Below, one piece after another: positions 1 to 9,764 of a stretch of DNA of 64,000 nt (its first letter is position 1; each line of letters starts with the position of its first letter). Below the pieces are notes generated by a model. The model was not told the DNA's origin. It worked only from the letters and a program-made list of their open reading frames with translations, and searched no databases. The position numbers and the translations under genes were made by a program. The DNA comes from a bacterium (GTDB lineage: Bacteria > UBA8248): assembly GCA_963692865.2 (NCBI GenBank), contig OY843592.1, positions 544,001 through 608,000 on the forward strand, in the 5' to 3' direction.

Positions 1-1758
1 TTCAACTTCCTGGTGCCGTTTCCCAAGCCCTACATCCCGCGCGCGCTCACCTACGAGGCGCCCGAGCGCATGGGTGCTGACGGCAGCGTGTACGAGCCGC
101 TCGATGAGGCGGGCGTCATCGGGATCATCGAGGAGTTAAAAGAAAAAGAGGTGGAGGCGGTGGCCGTCTCCCTGCTGTGGTCCACCGTGAATCCCGCGCA
201 CGAGATCGGCGTGGGGCGTTTGCTGAAAAAACACTTGAAGGGCGTGCCCTTCACCCTGTCCCATGTTCTCAACCCGATCCTGCGCGAATACCGCAGGGCA
301 TCTTCCACCTGCATCGACGCCTCTCTCAAGCCCCTGATGTCGCGCTACATCGGCGGGCTGCAAGAAAGGCTCAAGGCGGCGGGCTTCGGCGGGCGGCTCT
401 TGATGCTGACGTCGAAGGGCGGCGTGATGGACGCGGACGAACTCTCCGAGGCGCCCATCCACTCGGTGGGTTCGGGGCCGTCGATGGCCCCCATCGCGGG
501 CAGGCATTTTTCGCGCGCCGACGCCAGGGCGGCCACGGCGATAGTGGCCGACACCGGCGGCACCACCTACGACGTGAGCCTCGTGCGCCGGGGCGAGATA
601 CCCATGTCGCCCGAAACCTGGCTCGGCCAGCGTTACCGGGGGCACATTCTGGGCTTCCCCTCGGTGGATGTGAAGAGCATCGGCGCGGGCGGGGGGAGCA
701 TCGCCTGGGTGGATGAGGGCGGACTCCTGCACGTGGGGCCGCAGAGCGCGGGCGCGGAACCGGGACCGGCCTGCTACGGCCGGGGCGGAACACGTCCCAC
801 CTTGACGGACGCCTCGCTCGTGCTGGGCCACATCGACCCGGACTACTTCCTGGGCGGCGCAATGACGCTTAAGCCCGCTGAAGCCGAGAAAGCCATATTG
901 AAAGACGTGGCCGAACCGCTTGGCCTCTCTCTTCAGGAGGCGGCCTCGGCCATCCTGCGCCTCGCGACGGAGAACATGGTGGGCGCGATCGAGGAGATCA
1001 CCATCCACCAGGGCATCGACCCCAGGGGCGCGGTGCTGATCGGCGGCGGCGGGGCGGCGGGCCTGAACTCGGTCGCCATCGCCAAGCGGCTGGGCTGCCA
1101 GGGTCTGGTGATTCCGGAAGTCGGCGCTGCGCTCTCCGCCGCGGGCGCGATGATGAGCGACTTACACGCCGATTACCGCTCGATGTTCTTCACCGTCACA
1201 GACCGCTTCGACTTCAAGGGTGCGAACGAGACCTTGAAAACTCTTGGAGACCGCTGTCGCGCCTTCATCAAGGGCCCCGGCAAGGGGGCGGTGGAGAGCG
1301 CGACGGAATTCTACGTCGAGGCGCGCTACAAGCACCAGATATGGGAGATCGATCTGGGATTGCCCATCAACCGCTTCCGCTCGAAAAAAGACGTGGCGCG
1401 CACGCGGGCGGCGTTTGACGAGGTGCACGAGGAGGTATTCGCCTTCCGCGACCCATCGTCAGAGGTCGAATTCGTCGGCTGGCGCGCCGTGGCGCGGTGC
1501 AAGCTGAGAAAGGGCCGCTTCGGCAGGCTCGTCCGCGAGTCGATCCACGAGACGACGCTTCCCAGGCGGCGTGAGGCCTATTTCGCGGGCAAGGGCCTCG
1601 TGAACGCGCGCGTGGCGGCGTTCGATTCCATGAAGCCGGGCGAGGCGATGCGCGGGCCGGCCATCATCGAATCGCCGTTCACGACGGTGGTCATCGACCC
1701 CGGCGCCAGGGCCGAGCGCACGAGAAGCGGCAGTCTGTTCATCACGCTCCAGGAGTAG
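1..1758 (+). CDS. Hydantoinase A / 5-oxoprolinase family protein (5'-truncated by window edge)
   Basis: Motifs SGPSMA, DTGGTTYDV, IGAGGGSIAWVD, GPQSAGAEPGPACYGRGG, GPAIIESPFTTVV; frame is open back to base 1. Confidence 0.92.
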   Translation, partial: FNFLVPFPKPYIPRALTYEAPERMGADGSVYEPLDEAGVIGIIEELKEKEVEAVAVSLLWSTVNPAHEIGVGRLLKKHLKGVPFTLSHVLNPILREYRRASSTCIDASLKPLMSRYIGGLQERLKAAGFGGRLLMLTSKGGVMDADELSEAPIHSVGSGPSMAPIAGRHFSRADARAATAIVADTGGTTYDVSLVRRGEIPMSPETWLGQRYRGHILGFPSVDVKSIGAGGGSIAWVDEGGLLHVGPQSAGAEPGPACYGRGGTRPTLTDASLVLGHIDPDYFLGGAMTLKPAEAEKAILKDVAEPLGLSLQEAASAILRLATENMVGAIEEITIHQGIDPRGAVLIGGGGAAGLNSVAIAKRLGCQGLVIPEVGAALSAAGAMMSDLHADYRSMFFTVTDRFDFKGANETLKTLGDRCRAFIKGPGKGAVESATEFYVEARYKHQIWEIDLGLPINRFRSKKDVARTRAAFDEVHEEVFAFRDPSSEVEFVGWRAVARCKLRKGRFGRLVRESIHETTLPRRREAYFAGKGLVNARVAAFDSMKPGEAMRGPAIIESPFTTVVIDPGARAERTRSGSLFITLQE

Positions 1759-1761
1759 AAC

Positions 1762-3564
1762 ATGGCGAGAGCAAATACGAGACGCGCGAAGCGAAAGACG
1801 AAGCTGGACCCCATCACCCTGGCGGTGCTGCACAAGCGCTTCGACGCCGTGACCACCAAGATGGCGAACACGCTGCTCAGGACGGGCCGTTCGGGCGTCC
1901 TGAACCTCGCGCGTGATTTCTCGACCTCCGTGGTGACGCGCGAGTGCGAACTGCTCACGGGCGCGGAATCGCTGCCCATCCACCACCTGAGCGGGGCGGA
2001 CCTGATGGCCCGCTCCATGATGGATTTGCATCCGAACTTGAAACGCGGCGACGCGTATCTGCACAACTCACCCTACCACGGCTGCTCGCACCCGGCGGAC
2101 CACACCATCCTCGTGCCCGTCATCGACAAGCGGGGCGAGCACCGGTTCACCGTGTGGGTGAAGGCCCACCAGGCGGATTGCGGATGCAGCCAGCCCACCA
2201 CGTACATGGGCCACGCGCGCGACGTGTACGAGGAGGGCGCGCTCATCTTCCCGCCCACCAAGGTGCAGGAGAACTATGAGGACAACGAGGACTTCATCAA
2301 CTTCTGCCGGATGAGGATCCGCGTGCCCGAGCAGTGGTACGGCGACTACCTCGCCATGATCGGCGCAGCCAGAATCGGAGAGCGCGAGGTGCTCGCCATG
2401 GGGGATGAATACGGCTGGGAGACGCTGCACGATTTCTCCAAAGAGTGGTTCGACTACAGCGAGAAGCTCATGGTCTCCGCCATCCGGAAACTCCCCACCG
2501 GCGAGGCCACCACCCACAGCACGCACGACCCCGTGCCCGGCACGCCGGAAGAAGGCATCCCCATCACCGCGCACGTGCGGATTGACAATAAAAAAGCCAC
2601 CATCGAGGTGGATTTGCGCGACAATCCAGACGCCATGCCCTGCGGGCTGAACCTGAGCGAGGCCTGCGCGCGCACGGGCGCGATGATCGGCGTGTTCAAC
2701 AGCATCGACGACATCGTGCCCACGAACGCGGGCAGCTTCCGCCGGATCAACGTGCTGATTCGAGACGGCTCCGTCGCCGGCGGCGGCAAGCACCCCACTT
2801 CGATGTCGGTCGCCACCACCAACCTGGCCGACCGCGTGACGAGCCCGGTGCAGCGCGCGTTCTCGAAGATCCAGGACGGCATCGGGCTGGCGGAGTGCGG
2901 GCCGATTTTCCCGGCGTCGATGGGCGTCATCTCGGGCTTCGATCCGAGAAACGACAACGAACCCTTCGTGAACCACTTGTTCCTGATGGTCACGGGCGGC
3001 GCGGGCGCAGGGAAAACCGACGCCTGGCTCACCATCTTACACGCGGGCAACGCCGGCATGTGCTTCGTGGACAGCATCGAACTGGACGAACTCCACTTCC
3101 CCATCTACATCAAGACACGCAGGCTCATGCCCGACACCGAGGGCGCGGGCCGGACGATTGGCGCGCCTTCGGGCTATTGCGAATACGGCCCCGTGGGCGG
3201 GGGGGACCTGGAGGTCGTCTACGTGTCGGACGGCGCGATAAACGCCTCGAAGGGAACGCTCGGCGGGTTGAACGGAGCGGTCTGCCGGAACTTCCTCATG
3301 CGCGAGGACGGAACGCTTGAGGACCTGCCCGCCTGCGCGGACATCATCCTCAAACCCGGCGAGAACGTGGCGTCCTACTGCACGGGCGGGGGCGGCTACG
3401 GCCCGCCGCACGAGAGGCCCGTCGAGAAGGTGCGCGAGGACGTGGAGGAGAAGTGGATCACCAAAGAGCGCGCCTGGAAGGTCTACGGCGTCGCGGTCGA
3501 CGACGCGGGCGAAGTGGACATGGCCAGGACGAAGCGGAGAAGGAAGCGGTTGAGCGCGAAGTAA
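1762..3564 (+). CDS. Hydantoinase B / oxoprolinase family protein
   Basis: DPITLAVL, ARDFS, NSPYHGCSHPAD, AHQADCG, GGGGYGPP motifs; 3 bp after the A subunit. Confidence 0.92.
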   Translation: MARANTRRAKRKTKLDPITLAVLHKRFDAVTTKMANTLLRTGRSGVLNLARDFSTSVVTRECELLTGAESLPIHHLSGADLMARSMMDLHPNLKRGDAYLHNSPYHGCSHPADHTILVPVIDKRGEHRFTVWVKAHQADCGCSQPTTYMGHARDVYEEGALIFPPTKVQENYEDNEDFINFCRMRIRVPEQWYGDYLAMIGAARIGEREVLAMGDEYGWETLHDFSKEWFDYSEKLMVSAIRKLPTGEATTHSTHDPVPGTPEEGIPITAHVRIDNKKATIEVDLRDNPDAMPCGLNLSEACARTGAMIGVFNSIDDIVPTNAGSFRRINVLIRDGSVAGGGKHPTSMSVATTNLADRVTSPVQRAFSKIQDGIGLAECGPIFPASMGVISGFDPRNDNEPFVNHLFLMVTGGAGAGKTDAWLTILHAGNAGMCFVDSIELDELHFPIYIKTRRLMPDTEGAGRTIGAPSGYCEYGPVGGGDLEVVYVSDGAINASKGTLGGLNGAVCRNFLMREDGTLEDLPACADIILKPGENVASYCTGGGGYGPPHERPVEKVREDVEEKWITKERAWKVYGVAVDDAGEVDMARTKRRRKRLSAK

Positions 3565-3593
3565 GGAATTGAGACGGCGCATGGTTTTGCAGG

Positions 3594-3723
3594 GTCAGAC
3601 ATATATGTCTGACCTGTGTGTTCTCCCGTGCAGAGTCGGTCGTCATGAAATCGGGCGGACACGCAGGTCCGCCCCTACCAAAACTCTCCATTTTCACTGT
3701 AGGGGACGCATACATGCGTCCCT
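3594..3723. repeat. GTAG-headed REP-like palindromes
   Basis: GTCAGACATATATGTCTGAC (also at 24794-24813), GGGCGGAC..GTCCGCCCCTAC, GTAGGGGACGCATACATGCGTCCC. Confidence 0.75.
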
Positions 3724-3780
3724 TCGCTTTTGGCCGTCACTCATGTGAAGTTCCATTCCCTCTTGATGTAGCATACAAAT

Positions 3781-3954
3781 TCACTCCCCCCTTGAGGGGG
3801 AGTCACAGAGGCCGAGTCCTTTGGACGAAGGCCGATGTGGTGGGGGGACATGCCACAGAAAAAACTCCCCCCACCGATTCAGCCTTCGCATAAAATGCTC
3901 GGCTTCATCGTCGGGCTTTCCCCTCGGAAAGCTCGACCCTCAAGGGGGGAGTGA
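3781..3954. mobile_element. MITE-like repeat, family B (ends TCACTCCCCCCTTGAGGG / CCCTCAAGGGGGGAGTGA)
   Basis: Terminal inverted repeats; related copies at 20931-21097 and 24487-24676. Confidence 0.75.
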
Positions 3955-4002
3955 TTTTCTTCTTCGCAGGAATGACAGGCGGGAAGCGGGTCTGGTGAAT
4001 CA

Positions 4003-4377
4003 TCACGCGGCCTTGCCTCTGCGTCGCGCCCGTTTCTGATACGCAACGCTCGGCCAATAGCAGGTAATAATTTCGCCGCCCTCCATGACGACCTTGAGGC
4101 CCCTCAAGCGCTCGAATCGCCGGACTCCATGCTTGAGCGCGGAAATCTCCCGGTTCGCGTCCGCGCCGTTCATGACATTAAGTTTCCTCATGCGCTCGAT
4201 CCACTTGATTTGATCTTTCAAATCGTCAATCTCACGATCCGCGTCGGAGTCCCTCATAAACCACTCGTCGGGGCCGATCTGCGTCCCGCATGTTAGAACC
4301 TTTTCTGCGTCTTCGTCCCGAACTCCTCGCTGGCTCATGCGTGTTATGGCGTGGTGGGTGAGTTTGTAATCAGGCAT
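4003..4377 (-). CDS. DUF4258-like small protein (possible RelE-fold toxin/nuclease)
   Basis: LTHHAITRMSQRGV..G and KVVMEGGEIITCY pattern; its ATG overlaps the stop of the XRE gene (ATGCCTGA). Confidence 0.6.
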   Translation of the reverse strand: MPDYKLTHHAITRMSQRGVRDEDAEKVLTCGTQIGPDEWFMRDSDADREIDDLKDQIKWIERMRKLNVMNGADANREISALKHGVRRFERLRGLKVVMEGGEIITCYWPSVAYQKRARRRGKAA

Positions 4378-5344
4378 TTTCGTCCCCTTTCTCAGACAAT
4401 TCATTGGCAAGGGTAGTAAGGTGAAAGGGAAAGCTATTCTCCCAGTCTTCATCGGGCACTTCCGATTCCAGCCACTTCACGCGCTTGGAAGTTACATCTT
4501 CATCTTCGCCGCGAAGCTCTTTAGGGATTTTGCCAATGCTCGTATATCCGTGCGACAGGGCGTAGTCGGCGCGAGTGGAGCCGCCCGTGAGGCTTTTTCG
4601 GTATGTTTTGAAAAGAGGGCCTTGGTCGAAAAATGTATCGGAACCGAAATGGATTTTTTCGGGATCGATAACGTCGTTGTCTGGACCTAATTCCCTCGCC
4701 AACTGTTTTAGAAAGTCAGAAAAAGAGTTGCCCTCAACACTTTCTTCAAACATTTCACCCCAATATTTCGTAAACAGATTTCGGCGGCCATAGCTACTAT
4801 CTAAGCCATAGAGAAGCACCCCCATGCCGATATCGAAACTGCTACAATCGTAATCAGTAATGTCCGCCTCAAGATAGTCATCAGTGTTCGTATAGAAGTC
4901 CACCATCCTCGGCTCGAAGGCTTCCAAAGCCGCTTTTGCTTCCTTGGCGTGGCGGTGGCGGGCAGCCAGGCTCATCTCAGCAAGCAGGGTCAAGAGCATC
5001 GGCGCCGCTTTGATGATCTGCCTCGTTTCAACGCCGTATTGCTCCGCTACTAAATCGTATGCGAGGATTGTTTCACTATCGAGAACCAGTTTAATTGGTC
5101 GCAATCCATGCTTTTGGAGTTCTTCCTCTCGCACCGCTTCGGAGTCGGGAGCTTCGAATAGGATTTCTGGTTTGACGTCCAAGGCTTTGGCGAGCAACCT
5201 TACCGTCTCGCCCCTAGGTTCTCCTTCGCCAAGTTCTATACGTGCTATCGTCTTCTTTGAAACGCCAGATACTTCTTTTAATGCCTCTTGACTGAGCCCC
5301 ATCTTCTTTCTTAAATTTCGTAGTGTGTCTTTGTGTACCTTCAT
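4370..5344 (-). CDS. XRE-family helix-turn-helix protein with long C-terminal domain
   Basis: LRNLRKKMGLSQEALKEVSGVSKKTIARIELG..LAKALDV HTH; GGAGG RBS; AT-richer than its neighbours. Confidence 0.85.
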   Translation of the reverse strand: MKVHKDTLRNLRKKMGLSQEALKEVSGVSKKTIARIELGEGEPRGETVRLLAKALDVKPEILFEAPDSEAVREEELQKHGLRPIKLVLDSETILAYDLVAEQYGVETRQIIKAAPMLLTLLAEMSLAARHRHAKEAKAALEAFEPRMVDFYTNTDDYLEADITDYDCSSFDIGMGVLLYGLDSSYGRRNLFTKYWGEMFEESVEGNSFSDFLKQLARELGPDNDVIDPEKIHFGSDTFFDQGPLFKTYRKSLTGGSTRADYALSHGYTSIGKIPKELRGEDEDVTSKRVKWLESEVPDEDWENSFPFHLTTLANELSEKGDENA

Positions 5345-5434
5345 AGCTTTGCCTCCATGGTAGAGAAACCCATAACCTACGCACCCCTGATTGTTACATC
5401 AAATATTGGAGAAATAAACCCCCATCTTAAATGT

Positions 5435-5459
5435 AATGACATTAAATATAAATGTCATT
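5435..5459. promoter_or_regulatory. Palindromic operator candidate upstream of the XRE gene
   Basis: Perfect 9-bp inverted repeat AATGACATT-N7-AATGTCATT in an AT-rich promoter region. Confidence 0.55.
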
Positions 5460-5618
5460 TTATGAAGTTCAAGCAGATCAGTGTCCCCGAAACGTACTTT
5501 CTCGGGAGCAACTTGGCTGACACCCTCCAAAACCGCGCACGCCCCCGACACTTTGGGGACAAATCCGCCATCCGAAGCAGACTGCCAAGTCCACATCATT
5601 ATTCATTCCCGTCCGCTC

Positions 5619-5924
5619 TGGATTCCGGCATACGCCGGAATGACGGGCGATATCGAGGTCTTGAGCCTGTAGGGACAGGTCTCGACCTGTCCCTACGGCC
5701 ACTCTATAAGGAATTCCCGCATCATTCGGGCGGACACACGGGTCCGCCCCTACGGTCATCATCTCCGGTTGTGACGTAGGGGTCGTTCGCGAATGACCTC
5801 TTTTCCTCATCCCGAGTAGGCGCGCTTGCGCGCCGTATCGAGGGAGAGCCAGCGACTCACCCCGAGCCCGTCGAGGGAAGGACGCCCTTCGATACGCCGC
5901 CTTCGGCGGCTACTCAGGGTGAGG
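5619..5924. repeat. Intergenic repeat cluster (family A GGATTCCGGC..GCCGGAATGAC, GTAG REPs, family E CCTCATCCCGAGTAGG...CTACTCAGGGTGAGG)
   Basis: Multiple palindromes shared with other intergenic regions. Confidence 0.75.
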
Positions 5925-6202
5925 CCGGCAGGGCGGCTTATTAGGACGAGGGAAAGGCACCCGGTTCAAGGCGGGGAGCGAACCGGCAGTTTCTCCTTCA
6001 TCTGTCGACAATCGCTCCCGCACCGATCGGGAAACCGCAGCCCCTCCTCATCAGTCAGCAATCGCGCCCGCATTGGTTGCGATTGCCCCCTTCCCCATCG
6101 CACCAAAGGGCGGTATCATGCCCGCAAAAATCGAGACGCAATCCTTATCAGGGACTTTTCGCTTCCGGTACGACCCGGGAGCGCCGCAGGGAGGAAACAC
6201 CC

Positions 6203-6946
6203 ATGAAATTAAAAGACAAGGTCGCCATCGTCACGGGCGGCTCGCAGGGCATCGGCGAGGCCATCTGCCGCCGCTTCGCGGAAGAAGGCGCGAAGGTCGC
6301 GGTCGTGAACCGCACGGCGGAAACGGGAGAGGCGCTCGCGGCGGAGATCGGAGACGCGGCCCGCGCGTTTCCGTGCGACGTATCCAAGAAGTCGGCGGTG
6401 GACGCCATGGTGGCCGACGTGGTGGGGGCGTTCGGCACGGTGGACATCCTCGTCGGCAACCACGGCATCATGATCAACAAGGAGCTCGAAGCCTACAGTG
6501 AGCAAGAGTGGGACGACATCATCGACATCAACCTCAAGGGCAACTTCCTGCTCTCACAGGCCATCGTGCCCATCATGAAAGAGAAGAGCTACGGCAAGAT
6601 CGTCTTCATGGCCTCCATCGCCGCCACGCACGCCTTCCCCAACGCGGTGCCCTACTGCGCGAGCAAGGGCGGGGTGTATATGATCACGCGCGCGCTGGCG
6701 GCGGAGATATCCAAGTGCGGCATCAACGTGAACTGCATCTCGCCGGGCAACACGGCTACGCCGCTCAACCAGCACTTACAGGACGACCCCGAGTTCGTGA
6801 AGCTCATGGCGAGCTACACGCCCACGGGCCGGGCCTACATCACCACGGCGGAGATGGCGGGCGCTGCGGTGTTCCTGGCGTCCGACGACGCGAGCGCGGT
6901 GCACGGCCTCGACCTCATCGTGGACGACGGCTGGTGCGCCATTTAA
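6203..6946 (+). CDS. SDR family NAD(P)-dependent oxidoreductase
   Basis: TGGSQGIG, YCASK, VNCISPG; GGAGG RBS before ATG 6203. Confidence 0.92.
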   Translation: MKLKDKVAIVTGGSQGIGEAICRRFAEEGAKVAVVNRTAETGEALAAEIGDAARAFPCDVSKKSAVDAMVADVVGAFGTVDILVGNHGIMINKELEAYSEQEWDDIIDINLKGNFLLSQAIVPIMKEKSYGKIVFMASIAATHAFPNAVPYCASKGGVYMITRALAAEISKCGINVNCISPGNTATPLNQHLQDDPEFVKLMASYTPTGRAYITTAEMAGAAVFLASDDASAVHGLDLIVDDGWCAI

Positions 6947-6966
6947 GCGCGGACTGAAAAACCGAT

Positions 6967-7863
6967 ATGCCCGGCGCGCTCAAATCCATCACGACCCCCG
7001 CGCTCGAAATCGGCTATCTGGAGACGGGCGAGGAGGCGGCCCCGCCCGTCATCCTGGTCCACGGCTTCCCGGACGACGCGCGAACGTGGGACAGGGTCGT
7101 CCCCATCCTGAACGATGCGGGCTTCCGGACGCTTTGCCCCTACGTGCGCGGCTACGGCCCCACGCGTTTCCTCAATCCTGAGACCCCCCGAAGCGCCCAG
7201 TACACGGCTTTGGCTTCAGACATCACGGCCTTCGCCGACGCCCTGGAGCTCGAGCGCTTCACCCTCGTGGGGCACGACTGGGGCGCGCGGGCTTCCTATT
7301 GCGTCGCGGCCATGCGGCCAAAGCGCCTGAACGCGCTCATCGTCAGCCCCGCGGGCTACGGCACGGGACGCCCCCAACAGCGGATGTCGGTCGATCAGGT
7401 GCGCGCGTACTGGTACCAGTGGTTTTTCTGCACCGACCGCGGACGCGATGCTCTGAAGGAGGACGCCGCCGGTTTCTGCCGCGAGCTCTGGCGGACGTGG
7501 TCGCCGAACTGGGACTTTTCGGACCCTGAATTCGAGGCGACGGCGCGGTCTTTCGAGAACCCCGATTTCGTGGATATCGTCATGCACTCCTACCGCTACC
7601 GGTGGGGATATGAGAAGCCCGACCCAAAGTATCAGGACGCGGAGAGCTTCATGGCGGGCCTGCCGGACATCTCCGCCCCGACCGTTCTCGTGCAGGGCGC
7701 AGAGGACGGGGCGTCGCGGCCCGAGAGTTCCGAGGGCAAGGAGCGGCATTTCACGGGCGGCTACCGGAGAATTCTGGTGGAAGGCGCGGGGCATTTCGCC
7801 CAGCGCGAGAAGCCGGAAGACTTCGCCGCCGCGATTCTCGAAGTCCTGAAAAGGGATGGATAG
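6967..7863 (+). CDS. Alpha/beta hydrolase (epoxide hydrolase-like)
   Basis: HGFPD, GHDWGA, GAGHF motifs. Confidence 0.9.
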   Translation: MPGALKSITTPALEIGYLETGEEAAPPVILVHGFPDDARTWDRVVPILNDAGFRTLCPYVRGYGPTRFLNPETPRSAQYTALASDITAFADALELERFTLVGHDWGARASYCVAAMRPKRLNALIVSPAGYGTGRPQQRMSVDQVRAYWYQWFFCTDRGRDALKEDAAGFCRELWRTWSPNWDFSDPEFEATARSFENPDFVDIVMHSYRYRWGYEKPDPKYQDAESFMAGLPDISAPTVLVQGAEDGASRPESSEGKERHFTGGYRRILVEGAGHFAQREKPEDFAAAILEVLKRDG

Positions 7864-8749
7864 CGTCGTGGCTTACGTCTGCTACGTGAACGGCGAATAC
7901 GTGAAGGCCGAAGAAGCGAAGGTCTCCGCCTTCGATCACGGGTTTCTCTACGGGGACGGCCTGTTCGAGTCCATGACGGTCGTGAGCCGGCGCATCTTCC
8001 GGTTTCAGGACCATCTCGACCGCATGGAGCGCTCCGCGCGCGCGCTCAAGCTCGAACTGCCCGAATCGCGGGAGCGGATTGCCGAGATCGTCAAGGAGTG
8101 CGTCCGAAGGTCGGATGTGAGCGACGTGTATCTCCGCGTCGTCATATCGCGCGGCGCGGGCTATCCCCTGCTGGACCACAGGGTGGTGGATAAGGCGACG
8201 CTCGCCGTGCTCCTGCACGACCCGGCGCCTCCGCCCGAGACGGGTTCGAGCTACAAGGCGAAGGGAGCGGGCCTTCGGCTCAAGACGGCGGGGGTGCGCA
8301 AGGTTCCGTCCGAATCCTTCGAGGCGCGCGTGAAATCGCTCAATTACTTGAACAACGTGATGGCGAGGATCGAGGCCGTGGAAGCAGGGTTCGATGAGGC
8401 CATCCTGCTGGACACGCGCGGCTTCGTGGCGGAAGCGCCCGGAGAGAACGTCTTCGTCGTGAAAGACGGCGGCTTGAAAACGCCCAGGGCGCACAACGTG
8501 CTCGACGGCATCACGCGAAAAGTCGTACTCGAACTCGCCGCCGGGGCAGGAATTCCGGCGGAAGAGGCGGACCTCACGCTCTATGACCTCTACACGGCGG
8601 ACGAGTGTTTTCTCACCTCTTCATTCAGCCGCGTGCACGCCGTGGCCGAGGTGGACGGACGGCCCATCCCGGCGCCCGGGCCGATTACGAACCGGCTGCG
8701 CGCCGATATCCTGGAAATGGAGAGAACGCAGGGCGAGCCGATAGACTGA
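7856..8749 (+). CDS. Class IV PLP-dependent aminotransferase (IlvE/D-amino-acid aminotransferase-like)
   Basis: DHGFLYGDGLFE, KSLNYLNN, EAPGENVF, LDGITR. Confidence 0.9.
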   Translation: MDSVVAYVCYVNGEYVKAEEAKVSAFDHGFLYGDGLFESMTVVSRRIFRFQDHLDRMERSARALKLELPESRERIAEIVKECVRRSDVSDVYLRVVISRGAGYPLLDHRVVDKATLAVLLHDPAPPPETGSSYKAKGAGLRLKTAGVRKVPSESFEARVKSLNYLNNVMARIEAVEAGFDEAILLDTRGFVAEAPGENVFVVKDGGLKTPRAHNVLDGITRKVVLELAAGAGIPAEEADLTLYDLYTADECFLTSSFSRVHAVAEVDGRPIPAPGPITNRLRADILEMERTQGEPID

Positions 8750-8795
8750 AACGCGCGTCCCCGTTCCGCCGAGGGGGCAAACCGCCCCGGGGCCC

Positions 8796-9087
8796 GGTTG
8801 AAAAAGTCCCGTCGGAGGGTTGGGGGTGTAGGGACAGGCCTCCGTGCCTGTCCTCATCGGGGTGAATATGATCGCCGGGCGGGCACGGGGGCCCGCCCCT
8901 ACGGTCGCCATTTTGTTGTTTTGATTGTATGCGACCCCTACACGCCCCTCGCCTTTGCGGAAGGGGTACCGCCCTTCGATAGAAACGCTCCTTTCTCAGT
9001 CGCGTTTGACCTTCGGCGGCTACTCAGGGTGAGGAAAGAAGCGTCGTCGGTTTGCAGAGGGCACAGACGGGGGCTTTTCAACAACCC
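8796..9087. repeat. Composite repeat: GTTGAAAAA...TTTTCAACAACCC shell with GTAG REPs and half of a family E element
   Basis: Right end resembles 21094-21160 and 51330-51393. Confidence 0.7.
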
Positions 9088-9109
9088 ATGAAAGAGGAGA
9101 AATAGACAA

Positions 9110-9445
9110 GTGGCGACGATGGAGGATTTCGAGGGGCTGGACATCCGCCTGGGGCGGGTGGTCGAAGCGGCGGATTTCCCCGAGGCGAGGAAACCGGCCT
9201 ACAAGCTATGGATCGATTTCGGCGAGGCGCTGGGGGTCAGGAAATCCTCCGCCCAGCTCACGGCGCTCTATTCCAAGGAAGAACTCCAGGGAAAACTCGT
9301 GCTCGCCGTGGTGAATTTCCCCCCGAGGCAGATCGGCCCCTTCATGTCCGAAGTCCTGACGCTCGGCGTGCCCGACGCAGAGGGCGAGGTAGTGCTCATC
9401 GCGCCGGATGAGAAGGGCGCCGTGCTCGGCGGACGGTTGTTTTAG
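9110..9445 (+). CDS. csaA: tRNA-binding protein / secretion chaperone CsaA
   Basis: FPEARKPAYKLWIDFG, SSAQLT, VNFPPRQIGPFMSEVLTLG. Confidence 0.9.
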   Translation: MATMEDFEGLDIRLGRVVEAADFPEARKPAYKLWIDFGEALGVRKSSAQLTALYSKEELQGKLVLAVVNFPPRQIGPFMSEVLTLGVPDAEGEVVLIAPDEKGAVLGGRLF

Positions 9446-9475
9446 GTCGAATCGGAAAAAGTGCGCTCTTAAAAT

Positions 9476-9716
9476 TACTCCCCCCTTGAGGGGGCTGTTG
9501 AAAAACCCATCCCTCTCGCATCAACCACGTTTTACCCGTAGGGGTCGCATATCATGCGACCCTGATTTTCGCCTTTACAAGGCGGGCCGCATGATATGCG
9601 GCCCCTACAAAAACCGTTCCTCCCCGGTCGCGTAAAACACTCGTTCATCAGGACTTTTTCAACAATTCCGATGAAAAAGGGTTCGCGCAGGGACAGGTCC
9701 CTGCGCCTGTCCTTAT
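9476..9716. mobile_element. MITE-like element, family D shell (GGGGCTGTTGAAAAA...TTTTTCAACAA) with internal GTAG REPs
   Basis: Near-identical inverted copy at about 24675-24795; diverged copy at 18317-18406. Confidence 0.75.
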
Positions 9717-9764
9717 AGAGGATTACTACTCGGGGCCGCAAAACCCTCATCCCTCCTTCAACGA

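Noticed and set aside
5985-6066. Short imperfect repeat (CTCCT.CATC.GTC..CAATCGC twice) as a riboswitch or ribozyme
   Set aside because: No recognisable aptamer or complete ribozyme core; too weak to support
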